The position numbers and the translations under genes were made by a program. Under the pieces are notes generated by a model. It did not search any database, was not told the DNA's origin, and worked only from the letters and a program-made list of their open reading frames with translations. A stretch of 64,000 bases of DNA from Anaerolineae bacterium (GTDB taxonomy: Bacteria > Chloroflexota > Anaerolineae > DAOTYC01). Shown piece by piece: positions 1 to 9,392 of this stretch (within the stretch, counting starts at the first letter, position 1; each line of letters opens with the position of its first letter). Location of the stretch: NCBI GenBank assembly GCA_034435095.1, contig DAOTYC010000060.1:2577-66576 (forward strand), read 5' to 3'.

Positions 1-819
1 TGACGCCGCATCTGCTACGCCGCCCAGCAGACGGCCTGTGGCAGATGGACTTTGATGGGATGGCGACAGATGTGCACCTGGGTTTGCGATCACTTTCAGA
101 AGTGGGGGCAATACGGCATAGAGAGCCGCCCCAAACAGGGCGATGTAGAGCGCCTGGGTGTGTCCTGCCAGTATCTGGAGCGCGACCACAATGCCGGCAC
201 CCAATGCGGCACGCAAACGGGCGGCCCGCGGCCGGCCCGCCCCCGTTACCGACAGAGCCGCGTCTGGCGGGAACGAGTGCCGTTCGCCCCAAGCCAAATC
301 TATCAATAGAAGCAATAGTGGAAACCAAATGGTCACATTGAGCTGATTGATGTGTTCTACCTGCGCGCCGAGGTAACCACCCAAAGCGAAACAACAGGCA
401 GCGAAGAAACCGCTGTATGGCCCCAATCCCAGCGATCGGCGTGCAAAAAGATAGGTAAAAAGACCGGCCAGAAAAACGTGCAAAGCGATTGAGAAATTGA
501 CCGATTGGGGAGCGGGTAGCCAGGCTGAGGCTACATTGAAAGGATAGAGCACGGCAGCCTGAATATTGGCGAGAAACGGGACGCCCATAAACAAATAAGG
601 GTTCCAAAGGGGGATCCGCCCCTGTCGCCAAGCATCCGCGGCGTACTCGCGGTAGGGATAGAAATAGGCAAAGATGTCTAACCCAACCAGGATCAAATTG
701 GTCAGCAGGACCTTCCAGAAAAAGGCGACGGTCAAGGCCGCCAGCCCGAAAACGGCCAGCCCATCTTTCCATGGCTGGCGATGGGGCTGGGGCTCTCTGT
801 AAAAGCTCCACTTAGCCAT
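1..819 (-). CDS. YfhO-family (GT-C-like) integral membrane glycosyltransferase, partial. Only the N-terminal ~273 aa are in the window and the gene continues past position 1.
   Basis: I translated the minus strand by hand and it stays open from ATG (plus 817-819) to the window edge: MAKWSFYREPQPHRQPWKDG...[27 protein letters not shown]... This shares the NPYLFxGxPFLA motif with the N-terminus of the 14811..18950 YfhO-like ORF. Its ATG overlaps the stop of the GT39 gene (ATGGCTAA). It is absent from the ORF track because it is truncated. Confidence 0.7.
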   Translation of the reverse strand, partial: MAKWSFYREPQPHRQPWKDGLAVFGLAALTVAFFWKVLLTNLILVGLDIFAYFYPYREYAADAWRQGRIPLWNPYLFMGVPFLANIQAAVLYPFNVASAWLPAPQSVNFSIALHVFLAGLFTYLFARRSLGLGPYSGFFAACCFALGGYLGAQVEHINQLNVTIWFPLLLLLIDLAWGERHSFPPDAALSVTGAGRPRAARLRAALGAGIVVALQILAGHTQALYIALFGAALYAVLPPLLKVIANPGAHLSPSHQSPSATGRLLGGVADAAS

Positions 820-2482
820 CGGGGGTGTTTTCCTCGATGCGGTACAGGGTGAACGAACGTGTGCCGTCTTCTCGATAAGCCTCGTAGATGGGTGCCGTGT
901 TAAGCCCTGCCTGTCTGAGCGCCCAGCGGTACGCCGTCGCCGAGCGCCAGCTTGGGAAGGCTATGTATTTGGGCGTTCCAGAGCGGTGCGAGGCGTCCTC
1001 GGCCAGCTCGTCGGCCGTAGTGTACCACTGGAAGAGATAAGGAAAGTCGAAAAGGTAGAAAGAATAATGCCATCCCAACCAGTGGTGATAGATTACTGCT
1101 CCACCCGGCACATTGCCACGGATGTAGCTGACTACTGCATCAATGCCATTGTAGGCGCCGTGCGCTCCGCCGATACCATAGCGACTGCTGGCCGCGTCTC
1201 GAACGGGGCGAAGAAGCGTGAAGAGCAAAAGGATAGTTACGCCAACGCCATAAAAGAAGTGCAGATACTTGCCCGTATCTCCTGCGAGAGGGAGAACGCA
1301 ATCGGGTTGAGGATTCGCGTCACGCCCATGGCAGTCCGCGCCATCAGACAAGCGCGGTGAAAGCCGACGGTGCACGAGCCTGCCGTATGTCTGCCACAGG
1401 TCGAGCGGCAACAACAACACCCGTGCCAGCAAAAGCAGGACGACAGGCGCCAGGCCCAGCAGGTAGCGGTCCCAGATGTTGAAGTCCACGAGCGTGTGCA
1501 CCAGGATAAAACCTGCCGCGAATAGGGCAAACATCCAGTCCAATCGCGCGCTCCTCTCGGTTCGCCAACGCAGGCCCGCATATCCAAGTAAAAAAGGCAA
1601 GCCGACTATCAGAATGAAGTTGAGGGTACGCGACCCGGTGAAATAGCCCAGAAACTGGCTCCATTCATGAAGTCTTTCAGGCCAGGAGGCAATTGCCGCC
1701 CACCTCAGTCCTCCATAGCTGACGAGGCTCTGCTCAAAAAAGCCGTTTGGCGCGGCCCGCATGATGTCCCATATTACAGCCGGAATGAGGGCCAGGCCGA
1801 ATGCGACCCCGAATCGGAGCAAGGGGGAGCCGGGCTTGCCGGCCTGGGCGGACGCCGAAGGTCGGTCTAAGCCTGTGGCGCCGACGGCAACGATCAGAGC
1901 CAAGAACAAGATGGCCGGTGGTTTGGTGATGAAACCCAGCCCCAGCAGCCAGCCACTTAACCCCCAGCGACCATAAGCGACGGCGAGCAGCGAACCCAGC
2001 ACCCAAGCGACCATCATGGGGTCGGTGAGGGCAGTCGGCGCAAACAGAATGTTGAACGGTGAAAAGGCTGCCAGAGCCAGGCACACCAAAGCCACACGCT
2101 GATTGTAGAGCCGTTTGCCGAGAAAAAAGACCAGGAGCAAACTGGCTGCGCTGAACAACTCGCCCGGCAGCCGGGCGACCGTCTCGCTATGGCCGAAGAG
2201 GTGCATGAACAGCACCAGGCAATAGATATGCAGAGGTGGCTTGTCCACCGCACAGTGGCTCAGCCACGGGTCCTGACCGGTGACAACTTTCAAGGCCCAG
2301 TGCGCATAAATGGCTTCATCTTGGTGAAAGCGGCTGGCGGCGATTGGGGCAAGTCGGGCCACGACCCCCGCTACACACAAGCTGGCGACAAATCCCGCGA
2401 CCCAATGGCGGCGCAACAAGCGGAACAGGTCTTTCAGCCAAACCGACATCGTTTGCGGGAGCGGACATGCCTGTAGTATCAT
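812..2482 (-). CDS. GT39-family (ArnT/PMT-like) polytopic membrane glycosyltransferase
   Basis: 556 aa with many TM segments. The N-terminal region (HWALKVVTGQDPWLSHCAVDKPPL, FITKPPAILFLALIVAVG) is typical of the dolichyl/undecaprenyl-phosphate-sugar dependent GT-C fold (PMT_2/ArnT). Confidence 0.75.
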   Translation of the reverse strand: MILQACPLPQTMSVWLKDLFRLLRRHWVAGFVASLCVAGVVARLAPIAASRFHQDEAIYAHWALKVVTGQDPWLSHCAVDKPPLHIYCLVLFMHLFGHSETVARLPGELFSAASLLLVFFLGKRLYNQRVALVCLALAAFSPFNILFAPTALTDPMMVAWVLGSLLAVAYGRWGLSGWLLGLGFITKPPAILFLALIVAVGATGLDRPSASAQAGKPGSPLLRFGVAFGLALIPAVIWDIMRAAPNGFFEQSLVSYGGLRWAAIASWPERLHEWSQFLGYFTGSRTLNFILIVGLPFLLGYAGLRWRTERSARLDWMFALFAAGFILVHTLVDFNIWDRYLLGLAPVVLLLLARVLLLPLDLWQTYGRLVHRRLSPRLSDGADCHGRDANPQPDCVLPLAGDTGKYLHFFYGVGVTILLLFTLLRPVRDAASSRYGIGGAHGAYNGIDAVVSYIRGNVPGGAVIYHHWLGWHYSFYLFDFPYLFQWYTTADELAEDASHRSGTPKYIAFPSWRSATAYRWALRQAGLNTAPIYEAYREDGTRSFTLYRIEENTPDG

Positions 2483-3234
2483 TCTGACAAATCGTTGTCT
2501 TCTATTCTGCCTGACCTTGAGCGGGTGTGGAGTCGGCGGTCAGCCAACCGAAAAACGGCCATGCCCAGCAGCAGGAAGGCCAGGAACAGGACGACGCCAC
2601 CTTCGAGCTGCACCCAATCCCTCCTGATCAGGGATACGGCGCATACATATAGCCATACAAAAGAGAATAGAACCAGGACAACGCCAGTGGTCTTCAAGTT
2701 GACGGTTTGGCCGTGCCCGACACCGTGTTCCCCATCAAACCTTTGCAGCAGCCAGGAGATGATGCCGATCCCTACAAAGGCTGTGCCGATCAGGCTCACC
2801 AGGATCAGACTGCTGTCAACAAACACGCTGCCCAATATGCCGATGATGGTCAGAATGATCGCGATTCCGGCCAGCGCGCCGTACACCGCCCTGCAATAGG
2901 ATAGGAAATGCCCGCCCAACGCCTGGCTCAGCATGAAGTGCTTGTTTTTCACTCGAGCCTGAAAATACCAACCCAGGTAGAAGAATACAGGGAGAAGCAT
3001 AAGGCCAAAGACAATGATGACCACACTGTTCCATGGGTCTAACAACAGCCCATCCCCTTGGGCAAATGCCCACAACTGGTACAAAAGGCCCAGTACAAAC
3101 AAGGTCAACGGTACGGAGAGAAGAAAAAACCAGATGAAGGCGATGAACCTTTGAAAGGCCGGCACCTTAACTAAGAGTCCGTCTCTCTCTCGGCCGCCTG
3201 CTCGCTCATCATAGCCGTCTTTGCGACTTGCCAT
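2479..3234 (-). CDS. hypothetical polytopic membrane protein
   Basis: 251-aa ORF with ~6 hydrophobic helices. It overlaps the GT39 start by 4 nt, so the two are probably translationally coupled in the glycosylation operon. I recognise no family. Confidence 0.45.
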   Translation of the reverse strand: MASRKDGYDERAGGRERDGLLVKVPAFQRFIAFIWFFLLSVPLTLFVLGLLYQLWAFAQGDGLLLDPWNSVVIIVFGLMLLPVFFYLGWYFQARVKNKHFMLSQALGGHFLSYCRAVYGALAGIAIILTIIGILGSVFVDSSLILVSLIGTAFVGIGIISWLLQRFDGEHGVGHGQTVNLKTTGVVLVLFSFVWLYVCAVSLIRRDWVQLEGGVVLFLAFLLLGMAVFRLADRRLHTRSRSGRIEDNDLSE

Positions 3235-3286
3235 AGGACCTCCCGCCGTTTCAATAAAGATGGCTGCAATAGGTCACACCGAGGGT

Positions 3287-3982
3287 TCAATCCACAAAGC
3301 GATATTTGATGAGCGTCCACAAAGCGACCAATCCGTCACGCCAGGTGATCTTCTTGCCCTCGGCATATTCACGTCCGTAATACGAAATGGGCACCTCGAT
3401 TATCCGGTAGCCGCGCTTCAGAATCTTGGCGGTGATCTCGGGCTCCAGGTCAAAGCGACGTGAGCGCAGCTTGATCCCTTCGAAAACCTCCCGGCACACC
3501 ACTTTGTAGCAGGTTTCCATGTCGCTGAGGATGGTGTCGTACAGGAAGTTCGTGACGAAGGTCAGCAACTTGTTGCCCAGCATGTGAGAGAAGAACATCG
3601 CTTTGCGCGGCGCCCCTAAAAACCGGGAGCCGTAAACCACACAGGTCCGCCCTTCCAGGATGGGACGGAGCAAGACGGTGTAGTCGCGCGGGTCGTACTC
3701 GAGGTCCGCATCCTGGATCAGCAGAATGTCACCCTGCGCATGTTGGATGGCCGTCTGAATGGCGGCGCCTTTGCCCTGATTCTTCTCGTGAAAATAGGCG
3801 TGGAAATCTGGGGCCTGCGCGAGTTTCTGGAGTATTTCCCGAGACCCATCGGTTGAGCCATCATCTACAGCGATAATTTCTTTTTCCACTCCGTCTATTT
3901 GAACCGCGCGAACCTGCCGAACGATTTCTTCGAGCGTGGGCTTTTCGTTGTACACTGGAATCATCACAGATAACTTGATCAT
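3287..3982 (-). CDS. GT2 polyprenyl-phosphate sugar synthase (Dpm1/ArnC/GtrB-like)
   Basis: Motifs MIPVYNEKPTL, AVDDGSTDGS and QDADLEYDP. The start is more likely the internal MIKLSVMIPVYNE (ATG ~3982, preceded by GGAGGAG) than the track start at 4069. Confidence 0.8.
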   Translation of the reverse strand: MIKLSVMIPVYNEKPTLEEIVRQVRAVQIDGVEKEIIAVDDGSTDGSREILQKLAQAPDFHAYFHEKNQGKGAAIQTAIQHAQGDILLIQDADLEYDPRDYTVLLRPILEGRTCVVYGSRFLGAPRKAMFFSHMLGNKLLTFVTNFLYDTILSDMETCYKVVCREVFEGIKLRSRRFDLEPEITAKILKRGYRIIEVPISYYGREYAEGKKITWRDGLVALWTLIKYRFVD

Positions 3983-4230
3983 CTCTCCTCCCTCTATCCG
4001 GCAGGCTGCCGAATGGGCTGCATCGAACGGCACCCCTGAAGTTTTCCTGACAACAGGCACCGTCGCCAATACGGCGCAACCAGCACGGCAGCGAAGGTCA
4101 TATCAGGCTTTCAGCCAATGGCGGATGCCGTCTTGGTTGATTTCGAGTTTCTTCAGTTACAGCTCCGATTATACCTTAAGCGTATGCGACTGGCAAGTAC
4201 TGCCCGGCCGGTCGGTGCATCCAGGACTTC

Positions 4231-4335
4231 AGGCGAGTTAACAGAAGTCTCAACCCCGTCATGCTGAGCGCAGCGAAGCATCTCATTTCACGATGCACAA
4301 CGAGATTCTTCGCTTCGCTCAGAATGACGGCCAGT
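4231..4335. repeat. REP-like imperfect palindromic intergenic repeat, copy A
   Basis: cccGTCATGCTGAGCGCAGCGAAGCATCTC-17nt-GAGATTCTTCGCTTCGCTCAGAATGACGG. The arms are reverse complements with ~3 mismatches. The left flank ggtgcatccaggacttcaggcgagttaacagaagtctcaacc is shared with copy C at ~43196. Confidence 0.55.
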
Positions 4336-4485
4336 CGCAGGTCAGGTATGGAAACCCGACCTACGGCGGCAGGTTTGGAAATCTGCCCTAGGGCTCACCT
4401 AAAATTTCGGATACACCCGGGCCGGTCGATTGCGCCGTTCTCCCCCCATGATTGTCGCGGCTGACAATGACAAAATGGCGCACTG

Positions 4486-5577
4486 TCACTGGATTACATC
4501 AACGGGGGTTTGGTACGGCGCCCATTCGTACAGCGTCCTGGCATTTTCCTCGCTCAGGATGATGCAGCCATACGAAACCGGATAGCCGATCAGTCCCTCC
4601 CACATCTTCTGGCCGGTGGAGCGGGTAATGGGCGGGGCGTGAATCCCGTTCTCGGTAGAGCCGGCATAGTAGATGCCCAACCAATACGGCATATCCAGGT
4701 CCCAGGCTCTGGCGTATGCCATCTTCAATCTGGACTGCACCTTATAGTGGCCTGGTTTGGTAGCCCGGCCAAACTCGCCCGTTGAGCAGGGCCATGTGTG
4801 GATAGACCGCCCGTTTTCATAAAGATACATGCGCTGCTGCGAGATGCTCACCACGATGCGCCTGTCGGGTTTGGTCAATAAGTCCGTGACTTCGGCCAGC
4901 TTCTGGCGAGCCAGGATGTTTTCAGGGTACAGCCGCAATGAACGTTCGTAACGCCATCTGGCCTGTAGCGCCCGCCCCATGCTTTGCTGCCAAAGCCCTT
5001 CCTGGAGAGTGGCTGCAAAAAGCCGCTGCTTGATGTCCTTGAAGTCAGGAGCGACAGCATAGACTCGCTCAAAGTGGTTGGCAGCGGCTGTCCAGCGCGA
5101 GCGCTGGTAGTTTTCCTCTCCTTGTTGATACTCACTGAGCAAGCGATACAAAGAATCAAGCGAATCGGACTGGGGCAGAATGATTCTGGCAGCATGTAAT
5201 TGAATCAAGGCCGCGCGCAAATCGCCTTGCTCGATCAATTGCTGGGCGTATAGCCGGTGGGCAGTGCCCAACCGTTCCGGGATGGCAGCATTCTCTGGTT
5301 CGAGGCCATGCAGTTCAGAATACAGCTCAATACACGAAGACCAATCAGCGCTTTGCCAGGCGGCCTCTGCCACCTGGTGCAGTTGCGCCCTGCGTACCGC
5401 AGGGACGGATTCCAGCCAGCCTTTCGCTGCTTTGACCATGAGAACTGCGGTTTGGCGCAGCAACGGCGTGGAAAACAGGTCGGCGTATGGCCTGGACGCG
5501 CCGACAATGGCCGCAGTTACCACCAGGCCGATAGCCATGCCCGAGAATATGCGCACAAGATGACCGTTTTGGTTCAT
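4486..5577 (-). CDS. L,D-transpeptidase (YkuD domain) with an N-terminal TPR-like region and TM anchor
   Basis: C-terminal catalytic motif HTWPCSTGEF...HAPP...GYPVSYGCIILS (His/Cys of the YkuD fold). The N-terminus has a hydrophobic anchor and helical repeats. Confidence 0.75.
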   Translation of the reverse strand: MNQNGHLVRIFSGMAIGLVVTAAIVGASRPYADLFSTPLLRQTAVLMVKAAKGWLESVPAVRRAQLHQVAEAAWQSADWSSCIELYSELHGLEPENAAIPERLGTAHRLYAQQLIEQGDLRAALIQLHAARIILPQSDSLDSLYRLLSEYQQGEENYQRSRWTAAANHFERVYAVAPDFKDIKQRLFAATLQEGLWQQSMGRALQARWRYERSLRLYPENILARQKLAEVTDLLTKPDRRIVVSISQQRMYLYENGRSIHTWPCSTGEFGRATKPGHYKVQSRLKMAYARAWDLDMPYWLGIYYAGSTENGIHAPPITRSTGQKMWEGLIGYPVSYGCIILSEENARTLYEWAPYQTPVDVIQ

Positions 5578-5606
5578 ATCATAACAACCGGTATATTTTG
5601 TTTACA

Positions 5607-5635
5607 ATTATACTCAGTGTGATACCGACATGCAA
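5607..5635 (-). promoter_or_regulatory. sigma70-like promoter for the L,D-transpeptidase gene
   Basis: On the minus strand, TTGCAT-17 nt-TATAAT lies ~25 nt upstream of the ATG. Coordinates are hand-counted. Confidence 0.45.
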
Positions 5636-5639
5636 AAGT

Positions 5640-5668
5640 TTGACTAAGCTCTTCAGAAGTGGTATCAT
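5640..5668 (+). promoter_or_regulatory. sigma70-like promoter for the GT4 operon, back-to-back with the divergent promoter above
   Basis: TTGACT-17 nt-TATCAT in the AT-rich intergenic stretch, with a ~155-nt leader to 5824. Confidence 0.4.
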
Positions 5669-5823
5669 TATGCGGCACGTACCTGGTGATGAGGGAATTG
5701 TGACTGGGAGTAGAATGAATAGAGTAACGAGACTGTACCGGCGACCTCTAACGCACGAAGGAGTGTGACGTCATAGTGCAATTTGACGTTATCGGTCGTG
5801 TTTGGGAGGTAAGCTAAACATCT

Positions 5824-6936
5824 ATGCGCATTGCTATCGACGCCAGGCTGGTCTATTACACTCAAGCCGGTATCAGCCAGTACATCAAACGGTTGGTAGA
5901 GTCTTTAGCCGAGCTGGACGATCAAACAGAATATCTGATCTTGCAAAGCCGCAAGCACCGCGCGCCCCTCGTTCAACGCCCAAATTTCAAGCGGATACCC
6001 ATTTGGACGCCATGCCATCACCGTTTGGAGCAGTGGACCCTGCGGTTTGAGATTTCGCCGCTTGATATTGATGTCTTACACAGTCCCGATTTTATCCCGC
6101 CCTTCCGCGGCAACTTTAAGTCGGTCATTACTGTGCATGACCTGGCGTTCTTGCTATACCCGCACTTCTTGACCAAGGAAAGCGCCAGGTATTACGGCCA
6201 GATTGACCAGGCAGTGCGGCGAACAGACCACATCATTGCCGTCTCCGAGGCCACCAAACGTGACTTGATGCAACGGCTGGGTGTGCCGGAGAACAAAGTG
6301 ACCGTGATCTATGAGGCCAGCTCGCCGCAGTATCGTCCCCTGCCTGCTCAAGAAGCCCGCTCTTACGTTCAGGCCAAATTCAACCTGGCAGACGATTATG
6401 TTCTGTTCGTGAGCACGATTGAGCCTCGCAAGAATGTCCCCGGCTTGCTGCAAGCGTTCCGGCAGTTGCTCGATTCATACCGGGTGAAGGTCAAGCTCGT
6501 GCTGGCTGGCGGACGGGGATGGCTCTTCGACGAGGTTTTCGCCACGGTGGGCCGGCTCAACCTGACTGAGCACGTATATTTCTTGGGGCGTGTTGAGACG
6601 GAAGACTTGCCCTATCTCTACAATGCGGCGCGCTTGCTGGTGCATCCCTCTTTCTACGAAGGATTTGGCCTGCCGCCTTTGGAGGCCATGGCCTGTGGGA
6701 CGCCCGTGATCGTCTCCAATGTGTCGGCTCTGCCCGAAGTGGTAGGAGACGCTGGCCTGATGATTGACCCTCAGAACATCTCCGAGCTGGCGGTGGGCAT
6801 GTATCGTCTGCTGACGGATGAAGCGTTGCGCAGCGAAATGATCCACAAAGGACTGGCAAGAGCCGCCTGTTTCTCATGGGAAAAGGCCGCTCGCGAAACA
6901 CTCGAGGTATACCGCAAGGTCAGCCAGAGTAAATGA
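5824..6936 (+). CDS. GT4-family glycosyltransferase
   Basis: C-terminal GT-B signature [23 protein letters not shown]. Confidence 0.85.
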   Translation: MRIAIDARLVYYTQAGISQYIKRLVESLAELDDQTEYLILQSRKHRAPLVQRPNFKRIPIWTPCHHRLEQWTLRFEISPLDIDVLHSPDFIPPFRGNFKSVITVHDLAFLLYPHFLTKESARYYGQIDQAVRRTDHIIAVSEATKRDLMQRLGVPENKVTVIYEASSPQYRPLPAQEARSYVQAKFNLADDYVLFVSTIEPRKNVPGLLQAFRQLLDSYRVKVKLVLAGGRGWLFDEVFATVGRLNLTEHVYFLGRVETEDLPYLYNAARLLVHPSFYEGFGLPPLEAMACGTPVIVSNVSALPEVVGDAGLMIDPQNISELAVGMYRLLTDEALRSEMIHKGLARAACFSWEKAARETLEVYRKVSQSK

Positions 6937-8162
6937 AAATTCTTTTGCTCACGCCTCAGCTCCCGTATCCGCCGCATCAAGGGACAACCATCCGCAATTA
7001 CAACATCATCAGACAGTTGGCCCGGCGACATGAGGTGCATTTGTTGTCGTTTGTGCAGCAGACAGATGACCTGTCTGCTGCTGCGCCTTTGCGAGAGATG
7101 TGTCGGTCTGTTCGAGTGGTGACGGCGCCGCGGCGGACTATGATCCAGCGTATACGCGGATTACTGGCGTCCACCTTGCCAGACATGGCGATGCGCCTGC
7201 CATCTCAGGAGTTCCAAGAGGCCCTGGACTCTTATGTGGAACAAGTCAAGCCCGATGTCGTCCAGGTGGAAGGGATAGAGATGGCGCAATACGGCCTCCA
7301 CCTGGCTGAACGTAGAACGAGCTCCCACCCCATTCTGGTATTCGACGATCACAACGCCGAATACGTCTTACAGCGCCGCGCCTTCGAGACCGATGTACGG
7401 CAGCCGCGCCGCTGGGTGGGAGCGCTGTACTCATGGATACAGTGGCATCGCCTGGCGCGCTATGAGCGGTTGACCTGCGAACGACACGATTGGACGGTAG
7501 TTGCCTCCGAGGCGGATGCAGCCGCCATCCACGTGCTTCTTCCTCAATTGGAGCTGAAAATCATCCCCAATGGCGTTGATACGGAGTTCTACCGGCCGGA
7601 TGCTGTTGTCGAGCACAAGATTATCTTGCCCGCACGAAGCATGGTGTTTACCGGCAAGATGGACTTCCGTCCGAACATTGATGCGGTGTTATGGTTTGTG
7701 AACGATGTGTTCCCAATGATCAGGTCGCAGTCACCAGACGTGCACTTCTACGTCGTGGGTCAGAAACCTCATCCCCGCGTTGTAGCCCTGGGCGAGAAAC
7801 CGGGCGTTGTCGTGACAGGATATGTAGAGGATGTCCGACCATACATCGCCCAGGCGGCTGTCTATGTTGTGCCACTGCGCATTGGCGGTGGGACGCGGCT
7901 CAAAATCATGGAGGCGATGGCCATGGCGGCGGCGGTGGTATCCACCTCGCTGGGATGTGAAGGCTTCCCGCTGACGGCCGGTAAGCACCTCAGAATAGCG
8001 GATGAAGAATCCGACTTCGCTGCGGCGGTGCTGGAACTATTACGCGATGAGCCCCAGGCGCGGCGTTTGGGCGCACAGGCCCGGCGCTTTGTCGAACAGC
8101 ACTACGATTGGGCCAGCATCGTACCCCTTTTCGACCAGGTCTATGTGCCCAAGAACACCTGA
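6933..8162 (+). CDS. GT4/GT1-family glycosyltransferase
   Basis: [26 protein letters not shown] plus C-terminal GGTRLKIMEAMAMAAAVVST. Its start overlaps the upstream stop (ATGA). Confidence 0.8.
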   Translation: MKILLLTPQLPYPPHQGTTIRNYNIIRQLARRHEVHLLSFVQQTDDLSAAAPLREMCRSVRVVTAPRRTMIQRIRGLLASTLPDMAMRLPSQEFQEALDSYVEQVKPDVVQVEGIEMAQYGLHLAERRTSSHPILVFDDHNAEYVLQRRAFETDVRQPRRWVGALYSWIQWHRLARYERLTCERHDWTVVASEADAAAIHVLLPQLELKIIPNGVDTEFYRPDAVVEHKIILPARSMVFTGKMDFRPNIDAVLWFVNDVFPMIRSQSPDVHFYVVGQKPHPRVVALGEKPGVVVTGYVEDVRPYIAQAAVYVVPLRIGGGTRLKIMEAMAMAAAVVSTSLGCEGFPLTAGKHLRIADEESDFAAAVLELLRDEPQARRLGAQARRFVEQHYDWASIVPLFDQVYVPKNT

Positions 8163-8205
8163 CCACGGTTGCAACGGCCATGCTGCCGGCCATTCATTGC
8201 GCCGG

Positions 8206-9381
8206 ATGGTGCGCCTGTTTTTGTTGAGGGCAATCGCCCGCTGGCGACCCTCGCATTGCCAAACACGCGCTCCTACGCCCTCGCCGGATTCCGTGTTGCT
8301 CATCCGCCCAGACCACCTGGGAGACATGCTCTTTACGATACCTGCCGTGCGGCATTTGCGTCAGGTCTGGCCTGCCGCCCGACTGACCATGTTGTGTGGT
8401 CCTTGGGCGCAGACGATAGCAGAGAGAAATCCATACCTGGATGAGGTGCTCATCTGCCAGTTCCCGTGGTTCTCGCGCCAACCGCGCAAATCGTTTCTCG
8501 ACCCGTATTGGCTCCTCCGCGAGGAAGCCAGACGCCTTCGGGAACGCGCCTTCGACCTTGCCATTGTCATGCGCTTTGACCACTGGTGGGGGGCCTGGCT
8601 GTCGTGCTGGGCGGGCATTCCCTGTCGCCTTGGATACGACATACCCGAAGTTGCCCCTTTCTTGACTCAGGCAGTGCCTTATGCGCAGGGTCGCCACGAA
8701 GTATTGCAGAATCTGGCTTTGGCTGAAGCGGCGACCGGCAGCTCAGCAAACGCTGATAGCGGGCGATTGGAGTTCTCGCCGACCGCAGAGGAGGTTGAAA
8801 CGGCGCAGCGACTGCTGGCCTCGGCGGGCGTGCAGTCCGAAGACCGGCTGGTGTGTGTCCATCCTGGGGCAGGCGCGCCGGTCAAGCTGTGGGACAATCG
8901 AGCGTGGGCGCAGGTGATCCAGGCACTGATGCGCGAATATGGCGTGAAGGTCATTCTGAGCGGCGGCCCCGGTGAGGCAAGTTTGTTGCGAGAGCTGGAG
9001 AGCCTGCTTGTTGCTGGTCTGGACTCCGGCGAGGCTGCCAGGGTGACAAACCTGGCAGGCCGAACCAACCTGGGCCAATTGGCCGCTGTGATGCAGCGAT
9101 GTCGCCTGGTGATGGGCGTTGATAGTGGGCCGCTGCATCTGGCAGTTGCCGTAGGTACGCCTACCCTGCACCTGTTTGGCCCGGCGGACGCCCGGCTGTT
9201 CGGCCCGTGGGGGGACCCACAGCGGCATCTGGTGGTTACGTCGCCTCTGGGATGCGCCCCGTGCAATCGAATGGATTATGCTCCGGCCGAACTGGACAAC
9301 CATCCCTGTATGCGCAACATCACGGTGGAATCGGTGCTGGCGGCCGCCCGCCGCCTGCTGGATGCCGGCCTACAGGACTGA
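8206..9381 (+). CDS. GT9-family glycosyltransferase (heptosyltransferase-like)
   Basis: LIRPDHLGDMLFTIPAVRHLR and GVDSGPLHLAVAVGTPTLHLFGP. The track start at 8002 overlaps the upstream gene by 160 nt. ATG ~8206 (MVRLFLL) just after the upstream stop is more plausible. Confidence 0.75.
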   Translation: MVRLFLLRAIARWRPSHCQTRAPTPSPDSVLLIRPDHLGDMLFTIPAVRHLRQVWPAARLTMLCGPWAQTIAERNPYLDEVLICQFPWFSRQPRKSFLDPYWLLREEARRLRERAFDLAIVMRFDHWWGAWLSCWAGIPCRLGYDIPEVAPFLTQAVPYAQGRHEVLQNLALAEAATGSSANADSGRLEFSPTAEEVETAQRLLASAGVQSEDRLVCVHPGAGAPVKLWDNRAWAQVIQALMREYGVKVILSGGPGEASLLRELESLLVAGLDSGEAARVTNLAGRTNLGQLAAVMQRCRLVMGVDSGPLHLAVAVGTPTLHLFGPADARLFGPWGDPQRHLVVTSPLGCAPCNRMDYAPAELDNHPCMRNITVESVLAAARRLLDAGLQD

Positions 9382-9392
9382 GGTAGGCTGGT

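Noticed and set aside
4203-4435. MITE hypothesis for the element containing REP-like copy A
   Set aside because: A 9-bp flanking direct repeat (GGCCGGTCG) exists, but I found no terminal inverted repeats. The other copies lack comparable flanks.
8002-8205. N-terminal 68-aa extension of the GT9 ORF
   Set aside because: It overlaps the upstream GT4 gene by 160 nt in another frame. An ATG right after the upstream stop gives a normal GT9 N-terminus.
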